A stretch of 64,000 bases of DNA from Candidatus Sulfurimonas kebritensis (lineage in GTDB: Bacteria; Campylobacterota; Campylobacteria; Campylobacterales; Sulfurimonadaceae). Position numbers and translations under genes: made by a program. Positions 1 through 9,146 of the stretch are shown here, piece by piece. Within the stretch, counting starts at the first letter, position 1; each line of letters starts with the position of its first letter. A model generated the notes under the pieces. The model saw only the letters and a list, made by a program, of their open reading frames with translations. It was not told the origin of the DNA and searched no databases. The stretch spans positions 157-64,156 of the forward strand of contig JBEWQA010000004.1 of NCBI GenBank assembly GCA_047689515.1, read 5' to 3'.

Positions 1-280
1 TGATCTCCGCTAGATCCATGGTCGCCTTGGTAGCGTAGATCTTACCTTTAAATCCCTCTTTGACAAGTTTGGGTATGCGTCCGACGTGATCAAGGTGGGC
101 ATGGGTGAGTAAAATATAGTCTATCGAGGAGGACTCAAAATAAAAAGCCTCTTTGTTTTTCTCCTCTTCCTCCCCTTGAAACATACCGCAGTCAACCATG
201 ATTTTGACACCTTCAACTTCTAGTACATGGCACGAGCCTGTTACCTCTTTTGTTGCACCGTAAGATCGTACTGTTGCCAT
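1..280 (-). CDS. MBL-fold metallo-hydrolase (beta-CASP / RNA-metabolising type), N-terminal part only; the gene continues past the window edge
   Basis: Own translation of the minus strand from ATG at 278-280: MATVRSYGATKEVTGSCHVLEVEGVKIMVDCGMFQG...ILLTHAHLDHVGRIPKL (HxHxDH zinc motif). Absent from the ORF track because it is open at the edge. Confidence 0.75.
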   Translation of the reverse strand, partial: MATVRSYGATKEVTGSCHVLEVEGVKIMVDCGMFQGEEEEKNKEAFYFESSSIDYILLTHAHLDHVGRIPKLVKEGFKGKIYATKATMDLAEI

Positions 281-384
281 TGGAACACCTTTTTATATAG
301 AGTAATGGATCAATTATACGCCTATTTTTATTAAATTAAGTCTAAAAGAGTTTATTGGGTATAATTAGGTTAAAAAAGGCTTTT

Positions 385-1749
385 ATGGCTACGAAAAACT
401 TCTCCAACTTACCCCTCGCTCCATCGATGATTCAAAATCTTGATACGATCGGTTATACACAGATGACTCCGATCCAAGCTGAAGCACTCCCTTTGATCTT
501 AGAGGGGAAAGACCTTCTGGCACAAGCAAAAACAGGCAGCGGAAAAACAGCTGCTTTTGGGATAGGGTTGCTGCACAAGCTCAATGTGAAAAAATTCAGG
601 GTACAGTCACTTATACTGTGTCCCACAAGAGAGCTCGCCGATCAAGTGGCAAAAGAGCTGCGGCTCCTTGCAAAATTTCAACACAATATCAAGGTCTTGA
701 CACTATGCGGCGGAACGGCATTTGGCCCGCAGTATGGCTCGCTTCGTCACGGGGCACATATAGTTGTGGGGACTCCCGGACGGGTACTAAAACACCTCAA
801 AAAAGAGAGTCTTTCTCTGGATGATTTGGAGACTTTAGTGTTTGATGAAGCGGATCGTATGCTCGATATGGGCTTTATAGAAGAGATCGATGAGGTGCTT
901 GAATTTGTACCAAAGCAAAGACAAACACTGCTGTTTTCTGCAACCTATACCGATGAGGTAACAGAAATATCTCAAAGGGTGCAAAACGATCCTGTTTTTG
1001 TAAAAACTATCACACAGGAGGCGGCAAACAAGATCGAAGAGTCGTTTTATCTTTGTGAGCATAAACTCCCGACACTTTTAAACCTTTTTGCAAAATATAA
1101 GCCTGAAAATGTGATCCTCTTTACAAATACCAAAAGCGAAGCAGATATCGTAGCAGAGGAGCTGCGGCGTTGTGAAGTTGATGCTCTGGCACTTCACGGG
1201 GATCTTGAACAGTATGAGCGTGACGATGTACTTGTACAGTTTATCAATAAAAGCTGCCGCGTACTCGTTGCAACCGATGTAGCAGCCCGCGGACTTGATA
1301 TAGATGATCTTTCTATGGTGGTAAACTACGATCTTCCCCATACTTTAGAGACTTATACCCATAGAATAGGGCGGACGGGACGTGCAGGCAAAGAGGGATT
1401 GGCCGTCACACTTTATACAGATAACGAAGAGGAGAAACTTCAAGAGTATAAAAAGAGGGGCAGAGGTTTTTATGATGCTTCGAAACTGGATGAAGTTGAT
1501 GAATTTACGATGCACGCTACACATGCCACTTTGGTGATCGAGGGTGGTAAAAAGCAAAAACTTCGTGCCGGTGATATACTCGGTGCATTGGCTCGTGATG
1601 TGGGGATCGACGCAGATGCGATCGGCAAGATCGCTATCTACGATCGACAAAGTTATGTGGCTATCAAACAAGACCAGCTCCAAAAAGCATATAACGGATT
1701 AAAAAATACAAAAGTAAAAGCAAAACGTTTCTCTGTGTGGGTATTGTAA
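385..1749 (+). CDS. dbpA: ATP-dependent DEAD-box RNA helicase, DbpA-like
   Basis: Walker A AQAKTGSGKT, DEAD box (VFDEADRM), SAT, HRIGRTGRAG. C-terminal DbpA-type RNA-binding tail (GGKKQKLRAGDILGAL...IGKIAIYDRQSYVAI). The ORF opens at TTG 355; ATG 385 with an upstream AAGG is preferred. Confidence 0.85.
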   Translation: MATKNFSNLPLAPSMIQNLDTIGYTQMTPIQAEALPLILEGKDLLAQAKTGSGKTAAFGIGLLHKLNVKKFRVQSLILCPTRELADQVAKELRLLAKFQHNIKVLTLCGGTAFGPQYGSLRHGAHIVVGTPGRVLKHLKKESLSLDDLETLVFDEADRMLDMGFIEEIDEVLEFVPKQRQTLLFSATYTDEVTEISQRVQNDPVFVKTITQEAANKIEESFYLCEHKLPTLLNLFAKYKPENVILFTNTKSEADIVAEELRRCEVDALALHGDLEQYERDDVLVQFINKSCRVLVATDVAARGLDIDDLSMVVNYDLPHTLETYTHRIGRTGRAGKEGLAVTLYTDNEEEKLQEYKKRGRGFYDASKLDEVDEFTMHATHATLVIEGGKKQKLRAGDILGALARDVGIDADAIGKIAIYDRQSYVAIKQDQLQKAYNGLKNTKVKAKRFSVWVL

Positions 1750-1792
1750 AAACTTTTTATCACTTTTAGAATAATTGTGGTATGATAATCAT

Positions 1793-4222
1793 ATGGGAAC
1801 AGTATTAAAAATTTTAATAGTATTACTGGTTTCAAGCTCCTTGTTTGGAGCCAAAGAGAAGGTGACTTTACAGCTGGAGTGGTTACACCAGTTTCAATTT
1901 GCCGGTTACTATATCGCTAAAGAGCGAGGGTATTATGATGCCGTCGGCTTGGATGTAACTATAAAAGAGATAAAGCCCCATACGGATGTGGTTGGGGATG
2001 TGACTACGAAAAAAGCTGAGTACGGAATAGGTCGTTCCACTTTACTGATAAATCGTGCAGAGGGAAAGCCCATTATACTTTTGGGTGCTATCTTTCAGCA
2101 TTCCCCCTCCGTACTTCTTACTACAAATCCTAAAATAAAAACTCTTAAAGACCTCAATCATAAAAATATAATGATCACCAATGATGTGGCCAGCGGTGCT
2201 ACGATCAAAGCGATGCTCCTCTCTAAGGGTGTGATGTATGACAATATCAATTTTCAACCGCACAGTTTCAAGTTGCAAGACTTAATAGATGGTAAAACAG
2301 ATGTTATGGCCTCTTATCTTTCCAATGAACCCTTCTTTTTAAAACAAAAAGGGATCCCGTATAAAATATTTGATCCGACAGATTACGGTTTTGATTTTTA
2401 CGAAGATATACTTTTTACGTCCGAAGAGGAACTAAAAAATCATCCAAAACGTGCAGAGGCTTTTTATAAAGCTTCTATAAAAGGGTGGCACTGGGCTTTT
2501 GAACATATAGAAGAGACTGCAAAAATTATACATGATAAATACAACTCACAAAATAAATCTCTTGAAAGTCTCATTTTCGAAGGAAAAGTGCTACAAAAAT
2601 TAGCACTCAATCAAAAAGGAATTATCGGGCATATCAGTATGAAGCATATTGAGAAGATTGTTGATGTGTATAGAGTAACGGGGCTTTTAAAAGATCACTA
2701 TGATTTTACACCCTATATCGATCCGTTGGGATTTAATAAAAAGCACCTGAAAATTGGTGTCTTAGCAAAAAGAGGAGATAAAAAAACTTTAGAGAGATGG
2801 AAAGCTTTAGCAAAATATCTAAACTGTAACTTAGAGAGGTATCACCTTGTGATAGAACCGCTCTCGTTTGATGAGATGCAGGAGCAGATAAAAAATAAAA
2901 GTATAGATTTTTTACTTGTAAATACTGTGAATTATGTACAGTTTGAAAATAAGTACGGAATCTCCAGAATTGCTACTTTGACAACCAGGGGTACAAAAGG
3001 GAATGCTTATAGCCAGTTTGGTGGTGTTATTTTTACAAAAATAGACTCCCAAATTAAAAACTTGCAACAGATCAGCGGTAAAAGTTTTGCCGCTGTAAAT
3101 AAAGACTCTTTTGGCGGATGGATCATGGCGTATGAACTTCTGCATGATAAAGGTATTGAAAAGGATGATATAAAGCTTACCTTTTACAATACCCATGATG
3201 CGGTTGTTCATGCTGTTTTAGAAGCAAAAGCAGAGATCGGAACCGTGCGAACCGATACCCTAGAGCATATGGCGATGGAGAAGAGGATCGATCTGGATAA
3301 AATAAGAATCTTGGAGCCGAAAAATTATAAAGGATTTCCTTATATTGTCTCCACAAAACTTTATCCGGAGTGGCCGCTTGCAAAGTTAAACCATGTACCT
3401 GAAAAAGTTGCAAAAGAGGTTATGAGGGCACTGATAAAAATGCCCGAAGATTCTGATGAAGCTATAAAGGCAGATATAGGGGGCTGGACAGTCCCTCTTG
3501 ACTATTCACCTGTCCACGATGTGCTCAAAAAGCTGCAACTGCAACCTTACGAACATACCAAAATCACTATTATGGATGTTGTGAAAGAGTATGCTTGGTG
3601 GATTGCCCTTTTTATCGCTTTTGCTATAGGGGGTGTTATACATTTTTTCTATCTAAAAAAGATAAACCGAGAACTTGACAATAAAGTTCACGAGAGAACA
3701 GAGGCGTTGTATGAAGCAAATCAACGGTTAAAAGAGTATGCACATACGGATGCATTGACCGGGATACATAATCGTGGATATTTTATGAAACTGGCAGAAA
3801 AACTTTTTCAAGTGGCTAAACGTAACAATACACCCCTGCAGGTACTCTCCCTCGATATCGATCACTTTAAAGAGGTGAACGATACCTACGGTCACCAGGT
3901 GGGGGATGAGGTGTTAAAACTCTTTACAGATACAATAAGCGGACTTTTAAGAGAGAGTGATATATTTGGACGTGTCGGCGGTGAAGAGTTTGTTGTCTGT
4001 TTGCAAAATACAAATCATCAAGGTGCCTCTACATTGGCTAAAAAGATTCTCAAAGAGATAGAGTCTCTCGAGTATACAAACAGTGATGGAGTGAAGCTCT
4101 CTTTTACCGTGAGTATCGGTCTGGCAGAATTGCAAAATCAAGAGAGCCTCTCAGAGTTGTTAAAAGAGTCCGATCAGGCCCTTTACAAAGCAAAAGATAG
4201 CGGGCGAAACTGTGTGAGATGA
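1793..4222 (+). CDS. Periplasmic-sensor diguanylate cyclase (two solute-binding-like domains, TM, GGDEF)
   Basis: Signal peptide MGTVLKILIVLLVSSSLFGA. NMT1/SsuA-like then PhnD-like binding domains, one TM helix (WWIALFIAFAIGGVIHFFYL), GGEEF active site with a RESD I-site 5 aa upstream. The ORF opens at TTG 1775; ATG 1793 is preferred. Confidence 0.85.
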   Translation: MGTVLKILIVLLVSSSLFGAKEKVTLQLEWLHQFQFAGYYIAKERGYYDAVGLDVTIKEIKPHTDVVGDVTTKKAEYGIGRSTLLINRAEGKPIILLGAIFQHSPSVLLTTNPKIKTLKDLNHKNIMITNDVASGATIKAMLLSKGVMYDNINFQPHSFKLQDLIDGKTDVMASYLSNEPFFLKQKGIPYKIFDPTDYGFDFYEDILFTSEEELKNHPKRAEAFYKASIKGWHWAFEHIEETAKIIHDKYNSQNKSLESLIFEGKVLQKLALNQKGIIGHISMKHIEKIVDVYRVTGLLKDHYDFTPYIDPLGFNKKHLKIGVLAKRGDKKTLERWKALAKYLNCNLERYHLVIEPLSFDEMQEQIKNKSIDFLLVNTVNYVQFENKYGISRIATLTTRGTKGNAYSQFGGVIFTKIDSQIKNLQQISGKSFAAVNKDSFGGWIMAYELLHDKGIEKDDIKLTFYNTHDAVVHAVLEAKAEIGTVRTDTLEHMAMEKRIDLDKIRILEPKNYKGFPYIVSTKLYPEWPLAKLNHVPEKVAKEVMRALIKMPEDSDEAIKADIGGWTVPLDYSPVHDVLKKLQLQPYEHTKITIMDVVKEYAWWIALFIAFAIGGVIHFFYLKKINRELDNKVHERTEALYEANQRLKEYAHTDALTGIHNRGYFMKLAEKLFQVAKRNNTPLQVLSLDIDHFKEVNDTYGHQVGDEVLKLFTDTISGLLRESDIFGRVGGEEFVVCLQNTNHQGASTLAKKILKEIESLEYTNSDGVKLSFTVSIGLAELQNQESLSELLKESDQALYKAKDSGRNCVR

Positions 4223-4503
4223 AAGTTGCAGTAAAGCACGGGGACCTTATTGAGGAGCCAGCCTCTTTTATAGTAAACGCTTCCAATACGGAACTGACGT
4301 TGGGGAGTGGAGTTTCAAAAGCATTTAGAGACAGCTGTGGTGGAAATTATTTTCAGCAAATACTCTTCGAAGTAAAAAAAGAGTACTTAAAGGATCATCC
4401 CCGTATCGAACAAGGTGATGTTTTGCTTTCAGGAAGTGGAAATTGTAAAAACTTCAAGTATGCTTTGCATGCGGCTTGGACAAATACAAAGTATTTGAGA
4501 TGA
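4219..4503 (+). CDS. Macro-domain-like protein, short (94 aa) and probably truncated or decayed
   Basis: N-terminal macro-domain pattern (HGDLIEEPASFIVNASNTELTLGSGVSKAF...ALHAA). It stops far short of the usual ~150-180 aa. The start ATG overlaps the stop of the upstream GGDEF gene (ATGA). Confidence 0.45.
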   Translation: MKVAVKHGDLIEEPASFIVNASNTELTLGSGVSKAFRDSCGGNYFQQILFEVKKEYLKDHPRIEQGDVLLSGSGNCKNFKYALHAAWTNTKYLR

Positions 4504-4580
4504 CAAAAGAGTTTTTTGAACATCAGAGCACTGCGTTTGAGTTAGAGGTAGTTATCATGATCCATTCCAGGGAAGATTTT

Positions 4581-5213
4581 TTAGAGTTTACCCAGTAAGC
4601 CTTCATCCGATAAAATCTCATAAAAACGTTCAGCCATCACTTTGTAGCCTTTATCGTTAGGGTGAATTCTGTCACTTTTAAGTTGGTTACTTCCCAAAAT
4701 ATCACTGAGTACGTCTTCAGCAAACATAAGTTTATACTCATCTGCAAGAACTTCATATTGTGACAGTGCAGACAAACCCAATAAACCAAAATTAGGAACA
4801 GCGACAAGGAGTACTTCAGCACCATTGTTTTGACTTAGAAGTATCATTTGGCGAAGGTTCTCTTGTAGTTGGTGCATCGATTTTCTTCGCAATATATCGT
4901 TACCCCCGTGACAAAGTATGACCACCTGAGGCTTATACTGTCGAAGCAACTCTGGAAGCCGCTTTAAACCATCAGCAGAAACTTCTCCCGATATACCGGC
5001 ATTAATAACCTTTATGCCACTCAGACGTTGCAGTTGTGCAGGATAACCCTTGCCTCTAGATGCTCCGTATCCGGCAGTCAAGCTGTCACCAAAAGCAAGG
5101 ATGATTGCTTCTTTGGATAAAGGGTGTTTATCTGTATCATCTCCGCTTTTTACAAAGATTATCAGTACTGTTAGAAGCCCTAAAGAAAAAAAGAGAAGAC
5201 GGGTAATATTCAT
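4581..5213 (-). CDS. Secreted SGNH/GDSL hydrolase (TesA / arylesterase-like)
   Basis: Signal peptide. SGNH blocks GDSLTAGYG, GGNDILR and DRIHPN, arranged as in E. coli TesA. Confidence 0.85.
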   Translation of the reverse strand: MNITRLLFFSLGLLTVLIIFVKSGDDTDKHPLSKEAIILAFGDSLTAGYGASRGKGYPAQLQRLSGIKVINAGISGEVSADGLKRLPELLRQYKPQVVILCHGGNDILRRKSMHQLQENLRQMILLSQNNGAEVLLVAVPNFGLLGLSALSQYEVLADEYKLMFAEDVLSDILGSNQLKSDRIHPNDKGYKVMAERFYEILSDEGLLGKL

Positions 5214-5316
5214 GTGGTTTTCACTCTCCTTTTATTTGTATATATAGATTATATAATAATCCAGCTATAATACCATACTCGTTTGTATCTGCCCGAGATA
5301 TTTTTTAAGGACATTC

Positions 5317-5973
5317 ATGTTATCTTCTATTACCATTAAGCGCAACAACCATTGGTTGTATCACTCTGAACCTTCACGTAAGCAAGAGATGTTGACACAA
5401 CTCATTTCACATTATGCCGACAAGTCCATCCTCATTGCCGTTTCACAGCAGGATAACCTCTCGCTTGAAGAGGCTGAAAATATTACCGTTATGACCGATG
5501 ATGAAATCATGGTTGCAGATGCGCAACAGTTTGATCTCATCATCCATGCTGATCTTCCTGTAAAAGCCCTGCATTACATTAAGCGTTTGTCATGTGCCAA
5601 AGAGCTTTCAATTGGGCTGCTGCTTGCAGAGGAATCACAACTGCTTTACCAGATCGAAACTTTATTAGGTCGGACGATTCCGCAAAAATACCTAGAGGGT
5701 TTTGAACCTGTTAAAACTCTAAACAGTTCGCAACGTGATCAAAAACCACGTGGTGATAAGCGTCGTCAGCGTAATCATCATAAAGACGGGACAGTCCGCA
5801 CTGAAGAAGAGCGTGCAGAGTATCAGTCTCGCCGTGCCCAATCCGGAAAAAAACACAAACCTTTTGGTAATAAAAAAAAGTATGATAAAAAAGAACGTTC
5901 CGACAATAAATTTGCACAACCGAAAAGAAAGCCGCGTACAATTAAGATAAAAACCTCGAAAAAAGTTAGATGA
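5317..5973 (+). CDS. Hypothetical protein: degenerate helicase C-terminal (RecA2)-like domain plus a highly basic K/R-rich tail
   Basis: SILIAV (motif IV-like) and FDLIIHADLPVKALHYIKRL (like VINYDLP...YIHRIGR, but with motif VI degenerate). No RecA1 domain. The last ~85 aa are Lys/Arg rich. Confidence 0.45.
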   Translation: MLSSITIKRNNHWLYHSEPSRKQEMLTQLISHYADKSILIAVSQQDNLSLEEAENITVMTDDEIMVADAQQFDLIIHADLPVKALHYIKRLSCAKELSIGLLLAEESQLLYQIETLLGRTIPQKYLEGFEPVKTLNSSQRDQKPRGDKRRQRNHHKDGTVRTEEERAEYQSRRAQSGKKHKPFGNKKKYDKKERSDNKFAQPKRKPRTIKIKTSKKVR

Positions 5974-7069
5974 TATATGCGATCTCGGCTTGAGAGCCTA
6001 AACGCATTGGCGGTCCCCAAAAACCTATCCCCGAATTTACATAGATTTTGCCGCCATAGTCTAGTGTATGCAGCCCTTTAAGGTATGGTTGTTGTAACAT
6101 CACCAGGTGGTTAAACGGCCAGAGTTGTCCGCCGTGAGTATGTCCGCTGAGTATCAGTTCAGGAGTGAAACTGCCGAGGTTTTCGATCGACTTTGGCTGG
6201 TGAGAGAGAAGGATCGACGGGTATCTTTTATCCGCTTTGCTAGAAGCTTGAAAAAAGTCAGGCTCGAGTACCCCTGTCCGATAGCCGAATATATCGTTTA
6301 CCCCTACGATATTGACTTTAAGTGGCTCTATAGTCACTGCATCGTTAAGGAGCAGTTGTATCTTGGTTTTGGCCCGGATAAAATCGATAATCTTATAAGG
6401 GTTATGAAAATACTCATGATTGCCCAGTACCATATAGATACCGTACTTTGCATCTATCTTATTGAGTTCCAAGACTATATCGGAGATATATTCGATCTCG
6501 GTATCGATCAGATCACCCGTGATAATTACAAGATCGGGCTTGAGATAGTTTATCTTCTCTACACTGTGTTTGACATAGTTTTGATCGATCAGTCCGCCGA
6601 TATGCAGGTCACTGATCTGCACAATTGAAAAATCAAACAGTTTTGCTTTGATTACATTTACTACCGGTTCTTTACTTCCCTCGTAGATTCCCGCTGTCAC
6701 ATAGGAGGTGGCAAGTGCCATAAGGGCTCCGTCACCGCTTTTTTTTATAAACTCCCTGCGTGAGCGCTTGAGACTTTTGAGTGATTTGTGAAAGAGATGG
6801 AGTATCTCGTGAAGGAGTAGATACAAAAGCAGTACAAAAGAGATACCGATCGACGTAGAGGAGAGGTATGTAAACCGGTAGGGGAGTATATCACTGTAAC
6901 GTACTAAAAAGTAGGAGAGGTTGAGTATAAAGTTAACTACCAAAAACAGGGTGAAAACATTTTTAAACTTTTGGACCACTAAGAGTTTACGAACTACCCT
7001 CAGGTAGAAAAGTGCATGGACGGATAAGAACAGTAATGAGAGTGCAGCAAAAAATATCATTGTTTTCAT
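5966..7069 (-). CDS. Membrane-anchored metallophosphoesterase (calcineurin-like, YaeI/YkuE type)
   Basis: N-terminal TM helices followed by SDLHIGG, GDLID, GNHEY and GHTHGGQ motifs. Confidence 0.85.
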   Translation of the reverse strand: MKTMIFFAALSLLFLSVHALFYLRVVRKLLVVQKFKNVFTLFLVVNFILNLSYFLVRYSDILPYRFTYLSSTSIGISFVLLLYLLLHEILHLFHKSLKSLKRSRREFIKKSGDGALMALATSYVTAGIYEGSKEPVVNVIKAKLFDFSIVQISDLHIGGLIDQNYVKHSVEKINYLKPDLVIITGDLIDTEIEYISDIVLELNKIDAKYGIYMVLGNHEYFHNPYKIIDFIRAKTKIQLLLNDAVTIEPLKVNIVGVNDIFGYRTGVLEPDFFQASSKADKRYPSILLSHQPKSIENLGSFTPELILSGHTHGGQLWPFNHLVMLQQPYLKGLHTLDYGGKIYVNSGIGFWGPPMRLGSQAEIAYII

Positions 7070-7109
7070 ACCTGCATTTTACTATAATTGTTTCTAAAAA
7101 AACAGAGCT

Positions 7110-8195
7110 ATGGAACCTTTTAAAAATATATACAATACAAATGAGATAACAAGACTTGCAGACGAGATAAAAGCGATCGATGCTGCATTTTCTAAAGAGC
7201 AGTTTATAAACTCTTTACTCAACGACTCCTGGGAGCAAAAAGAGTTAAAAGAGCGAATGCGTGCGATCTCTTTGTCTTTAGGGAAGTTTTTACCTGAGTA
7301 CTTACAAGCACTGGAGATATTAAAACAAGTACATGGCAAGTTTAACGGGCTTTTCCATACGGTATTTCCCGATTTTGTAGAGGTGTACGGTTTAGGGTAT
7401 TTTGAGGAGTCGATCGAAGCTCTAAAACTTTTTACGCAAAATTTTTCAAGCGAATACGCAGTACGCCCGTTTTTGATAAAGTATCCACAGTTGATAGAGA
7501 CCTTTCAAGAGTGGGCACAAGATGAGAACGAGCACGTAAGAAGATTGGCAAGTGAAGGGTGTAGACCTCGACTTCCTTGGGGGCAAGCACTTCCTGAGTA
7601 TAAACAGGACCCGTCAAAAGTTTTAGAGGTTTTGGAGCTGCTTAAAGATGATCCGAGCAGGTATGTGCAAAAAAGTGTTGCAAACAACCTAAACGATATC
7701 TCAAAAGACAATCCCGAGATCGTAAAAGGGGTGTTTCAAAAGTGGTACGGTATTTCAAAAAACAGAGACTGGATCGTAAAACATGCTGCACGCACACTCT
7801 TAAAAGCAGGGGATAAAGATGTACTCAAACTCTTTGGATATTCGGCAGAAGGGATAGAGATCTCTAATTTTACACTCGATCAGAGTGTTCATCTCAATGA
7901 GCTGCTTAATTTTTCATTTAAAATATTTTCTAAAAAAGCTCTGGGAAAACTGAGGATCGAATACAAACTGGGACTCCTAAGACAAAAGGGGAAGAGAAAC
8001 TATAAAGTGTTTAAGATATCTGAACGGGATATAAACACACAAGAGATAACTATAAACAAAGCACACCATTTTAAAGAGGTAACTACGAGAAAGTATTATG
8101 ATGGGGTACAAACACTTACGATCGTAGTTAACGGTAAAGAGTTTGCAACGAAAGAGTTTCAGCTCCTGATCGACGTAGCAGTCAAGAAGATATAG
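7110..8195 (+). CDS. DNA alkylation repair protein (AlkD-like HEAT-repeat family)
   Basis: Family-typical VRRLASEGCRPRLPW and YVQKSVANNLNDISK segments. Confidence 0.7.
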   Translation: MEPFKNIYNTNEITRLADEIKAIDAAFSKEQFINSLLNDSWEQKELKERMRAISLSLGKFLPEYLQALEILKQVHGKFNGLFHTVFPDFVEVYGLGYFEESIEALKLFTQNFSSEYAVRPFLIKYPQLIETFQEWAQDENEHVRRLASEGCRPRLPWGQALPEYKQDPSKVLEVLELLKDDPSRYVQKSVANNLNDISKDNPEIVKGVFQKWYGISKNRDWIVKHAARTLLKAGDKDVLKLFGYSAEGIEISNFTLDQSVHLNELLNFSFKIFSKKALGKLRIEYKLGLLRQKGKRNYKVFKISERDINTQEITINKAHHFKEVTTRKYYDGVQTLTIVVNGKEFATKEFQLLIDVAVKKI

Positions 8196-9049
8196 TCTTT
8201 CCCTGTAATAGTCACACGAAACTTTTTTTGCTGCAGGTATTTTTTGCAAAATACGACATCTTTATAGAGGTTCGACATCTCCGAATAGTTGTAGTTTCGC
8301 ATCATCGCCCCGTAGATCATCTCACCATCGATCCAGCGGCAGTTCGGAAAACCGAGTATCAGTGCACCCGTAGGGCTGAGCTGGTTTTGAACGATCGACA
8401 TCAGTGTTTCGTTGAGGTTGAGATTGGAGCTTTGCAGGGTACCTATGGAGATGATAAGGTCAAACTCTCCAAGATTTAAATTATTGAGCTCTTTGATATC
8501 GGCTTGGAGAAACTTGACATTGTCATACCCTTGAAAACTTTTTCTTGCATCTTCGATCGCCGAATCACAATAGTCGATCCCCAAAAGTTCCTGTTCTGCA
8601 AAGTTTTGAGAGAGTTTTTCAACTACATGAAATTCATCCCCTTTGTTTACTCCGAGGTTCAGTACCCGTTTTCTCTGAGCAACTTTTACGTTTTTAAGTG
8701 CTTGAGAATAGTGGTAGATAAATGCAGTTGCCTCGTTTTTGTCGAGCTCTGCAAATATCGACTCTGCTCCGTACTTCTCCTCTTTGTCAGCACCGATAGC
8801 ATGGAAGCTGTCGGATGAGAGCTTTTTGTAGCGCATAACTATAAACTGATCATCGAGTATTTGCGGGGTGAGCATCTTGCACTTGAGAAGGTGGGCGAGA
8901 TCGAGCCAGGTCTTATAGGAGTGCTTGGAGTTTTCGAGATCGGGATTGTAAACTTGAAATTCGATTATCTCATGAGCTTTGAGTTGTTCTGTCTTTTCTT
9001 GAAGGAGTTCCAGAGTATCTATAAGGGGCTTTGAGTATAAATTTAACAT
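8159..9049 (-). CDS. Class I SAM-dependent methyltransferase
   Basis: Motif I-like VLNLGVNKGDE and LGIDYCDSAIEDA. Its 3' end overlaps the convergent alkD-like gene by 37 nt. Confidence 0.65.
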   Translation of the reverse strand: MLNLYSKPLIDTLELLQEKTEQLKAHEIIEFQVYNPDLENSKHSYKTWLDLAHLLKCKMLTPQILDDQFIVMRYKKLSSDSFHAIGADKEEKYGAESIFAELDKNEATAFIYHYSQALKNVKVAQRKRVLNLGVNKGDEFHVVEKLSQNFAEQELLGIDYCDSAIEDARKSFQGYDNVKFLQADIKELNNLNLGEFDLIISIGTLQSSNLNLNETLMSIVQNQLSPTGALILGFPNCRWIDGEMIYGAMMRNYNYSEMSNLYKDVVFCKKYLQQKKFRVTITGKDYIFLTATSIRS

Positions 9050-9146
9050 AAAAAGGATTATACAAAAAAATATCTCAATGAAGATTAAACATGTTGATAA
9101 AATTTTGATACAATAAGCAAAATTTATAATATTAGGCCGAAAAAGA

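Noticed and set aside
6107-6628. 173-aa plus-strand ORF inside the metallophosphoesterase gene
   Set aside because: It is antisense to a gene with all phosphoesterase motifs, and it has no RBS or motif.
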